Source: Vezdaea acicularis
Lineage: Eukaryota
Length of the DNA: 20,000 bases
Assembly: GCA_026025075.1 (NCBI GenBank)
Contig: JAPEUI010000018.1
Location: 184,818-204,817, forward strand
Reading direction: 5' to 3'
Part shown: piece by piece, positions 19,519-20,000 of the stretch
How positions within the stretch are numbered: the stretch's first letter is position 1
Layout: each line of letters starts with the position of its first letter
Made by a program: the position numbers and the translations under genes
Notes under the pieces: model-generated
What the model was told of the DNA's origin: nothing
Seen by the model: the letters and a program-made list of their open reading frames with translations, nothing else
Databases searched by the model: none

Positions 19519-20000
19519 CTATGTGAATTTGGTGTGGATAATGTCGGGGTTCTCGTGCCAGTCATCGATACTGACCCACATCTACCGAACGCAAAAAGTG
19601 AGTCAGCCGGCGTCATGATGATCTAAGGAGCCCGCTTCGAGAGTGCTACAATCGCCCAAAACGGTAATGTGAGGGTGGAGAAAGGATAGGCTACTGACCT
19701 TCCGAAAGGTGCTCAAACCAGCCAAGATACTTCCCCCAATCCAAGTACTGTACTTTCGTTCCGGAGGCGCAAAAATCTTGATCCGCATGTCTTTGACAGC
19801 CAACCGCTGTACCTCATGTAACAGCCGATCGCCAAACCCCTTCGTCAAGGTACTCCCGCCTGACAAGACAATATTCCCGAATAACGCTTTCCGTAGGTCC
19901 ATGTCGGTACGATTGATGGCGTCGACGACGATTTGATGGATCCCAGGGTACTCGAGCCCAATGAGCTCAGGATCGAAGAGGATTTCTGGGGCCCGAAACC
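19519..20000 (-). CDS. ARP1: Actin-related protein 1 (centractin, dynactin filament subunit; ro-4/nudK orthologue), 3' part only
   Basis: Exon >20000-19699 encodes [100 protein letters not shown]. Intron 19698-19582 (GTCAGT...GCTGAC...TAG). Last exon 19581-19519 encodes [38 protein letters not shown] and the IIHTKF end distinguish Arp1 from actin. Confidence 0.96.

Noticed and set aside
19582..19698. Longer ARP1 intron as a stwintron or snoRNA host
   Set aside because: No internal intron that rebuilds a split donor, and the only ATGATGA box-C-like motif is on the antisense strand.

Overview
Eukaryotic, intron-containing DNA from a filamentous ascomycete. Evidence: short GT-AG introns with CTRAC/CTAAC-type branch sites, fungal ARP1, and a GRGGAGN-motif gene. 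Seven genes are supportable. (1) Probable secreted Cys-rich protein (320-1390 +). (2) Three-exon, ~1330-aa Glu/Ala/Pro-rich disordered protein with a young internal tandem-repeat array and a basic tail (1965-6079 -). (3) Intronless non-RD Ser/Thr kinase with DFS instead of DFG (7116-8525 -). (4) F-box-like/DUF7730-type protein (~9974-11037 -). (5) Five-exon class-3 (fatty/apocarotenoid) aldehyde dehydrogenase with a C-terminal membrane anchor (11815-13649 +). (6) GRGGAGN-repeat DUF3602/Par32-like protein (17793-18323 +). (7) 3' end of centractin ARP1 (19519->20000 -). I see no rRNA, tRNA, transposon or CRISPR array, and no convincing new multi-gene system. The best leads are smaller: a cryptic splice donor that would delete the ALDH membrane anchor, Cdc4-type phosphodegron motifs in the kinase, the higher-order coding repeat, an orphan Cys-patterned secreted protein, a possible hidden multi-exon gene in the 4-kb gap, and an ORF immediately downstream of ARP1. 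All gene models were built by eye and need RNA-seq or homology confirmation.
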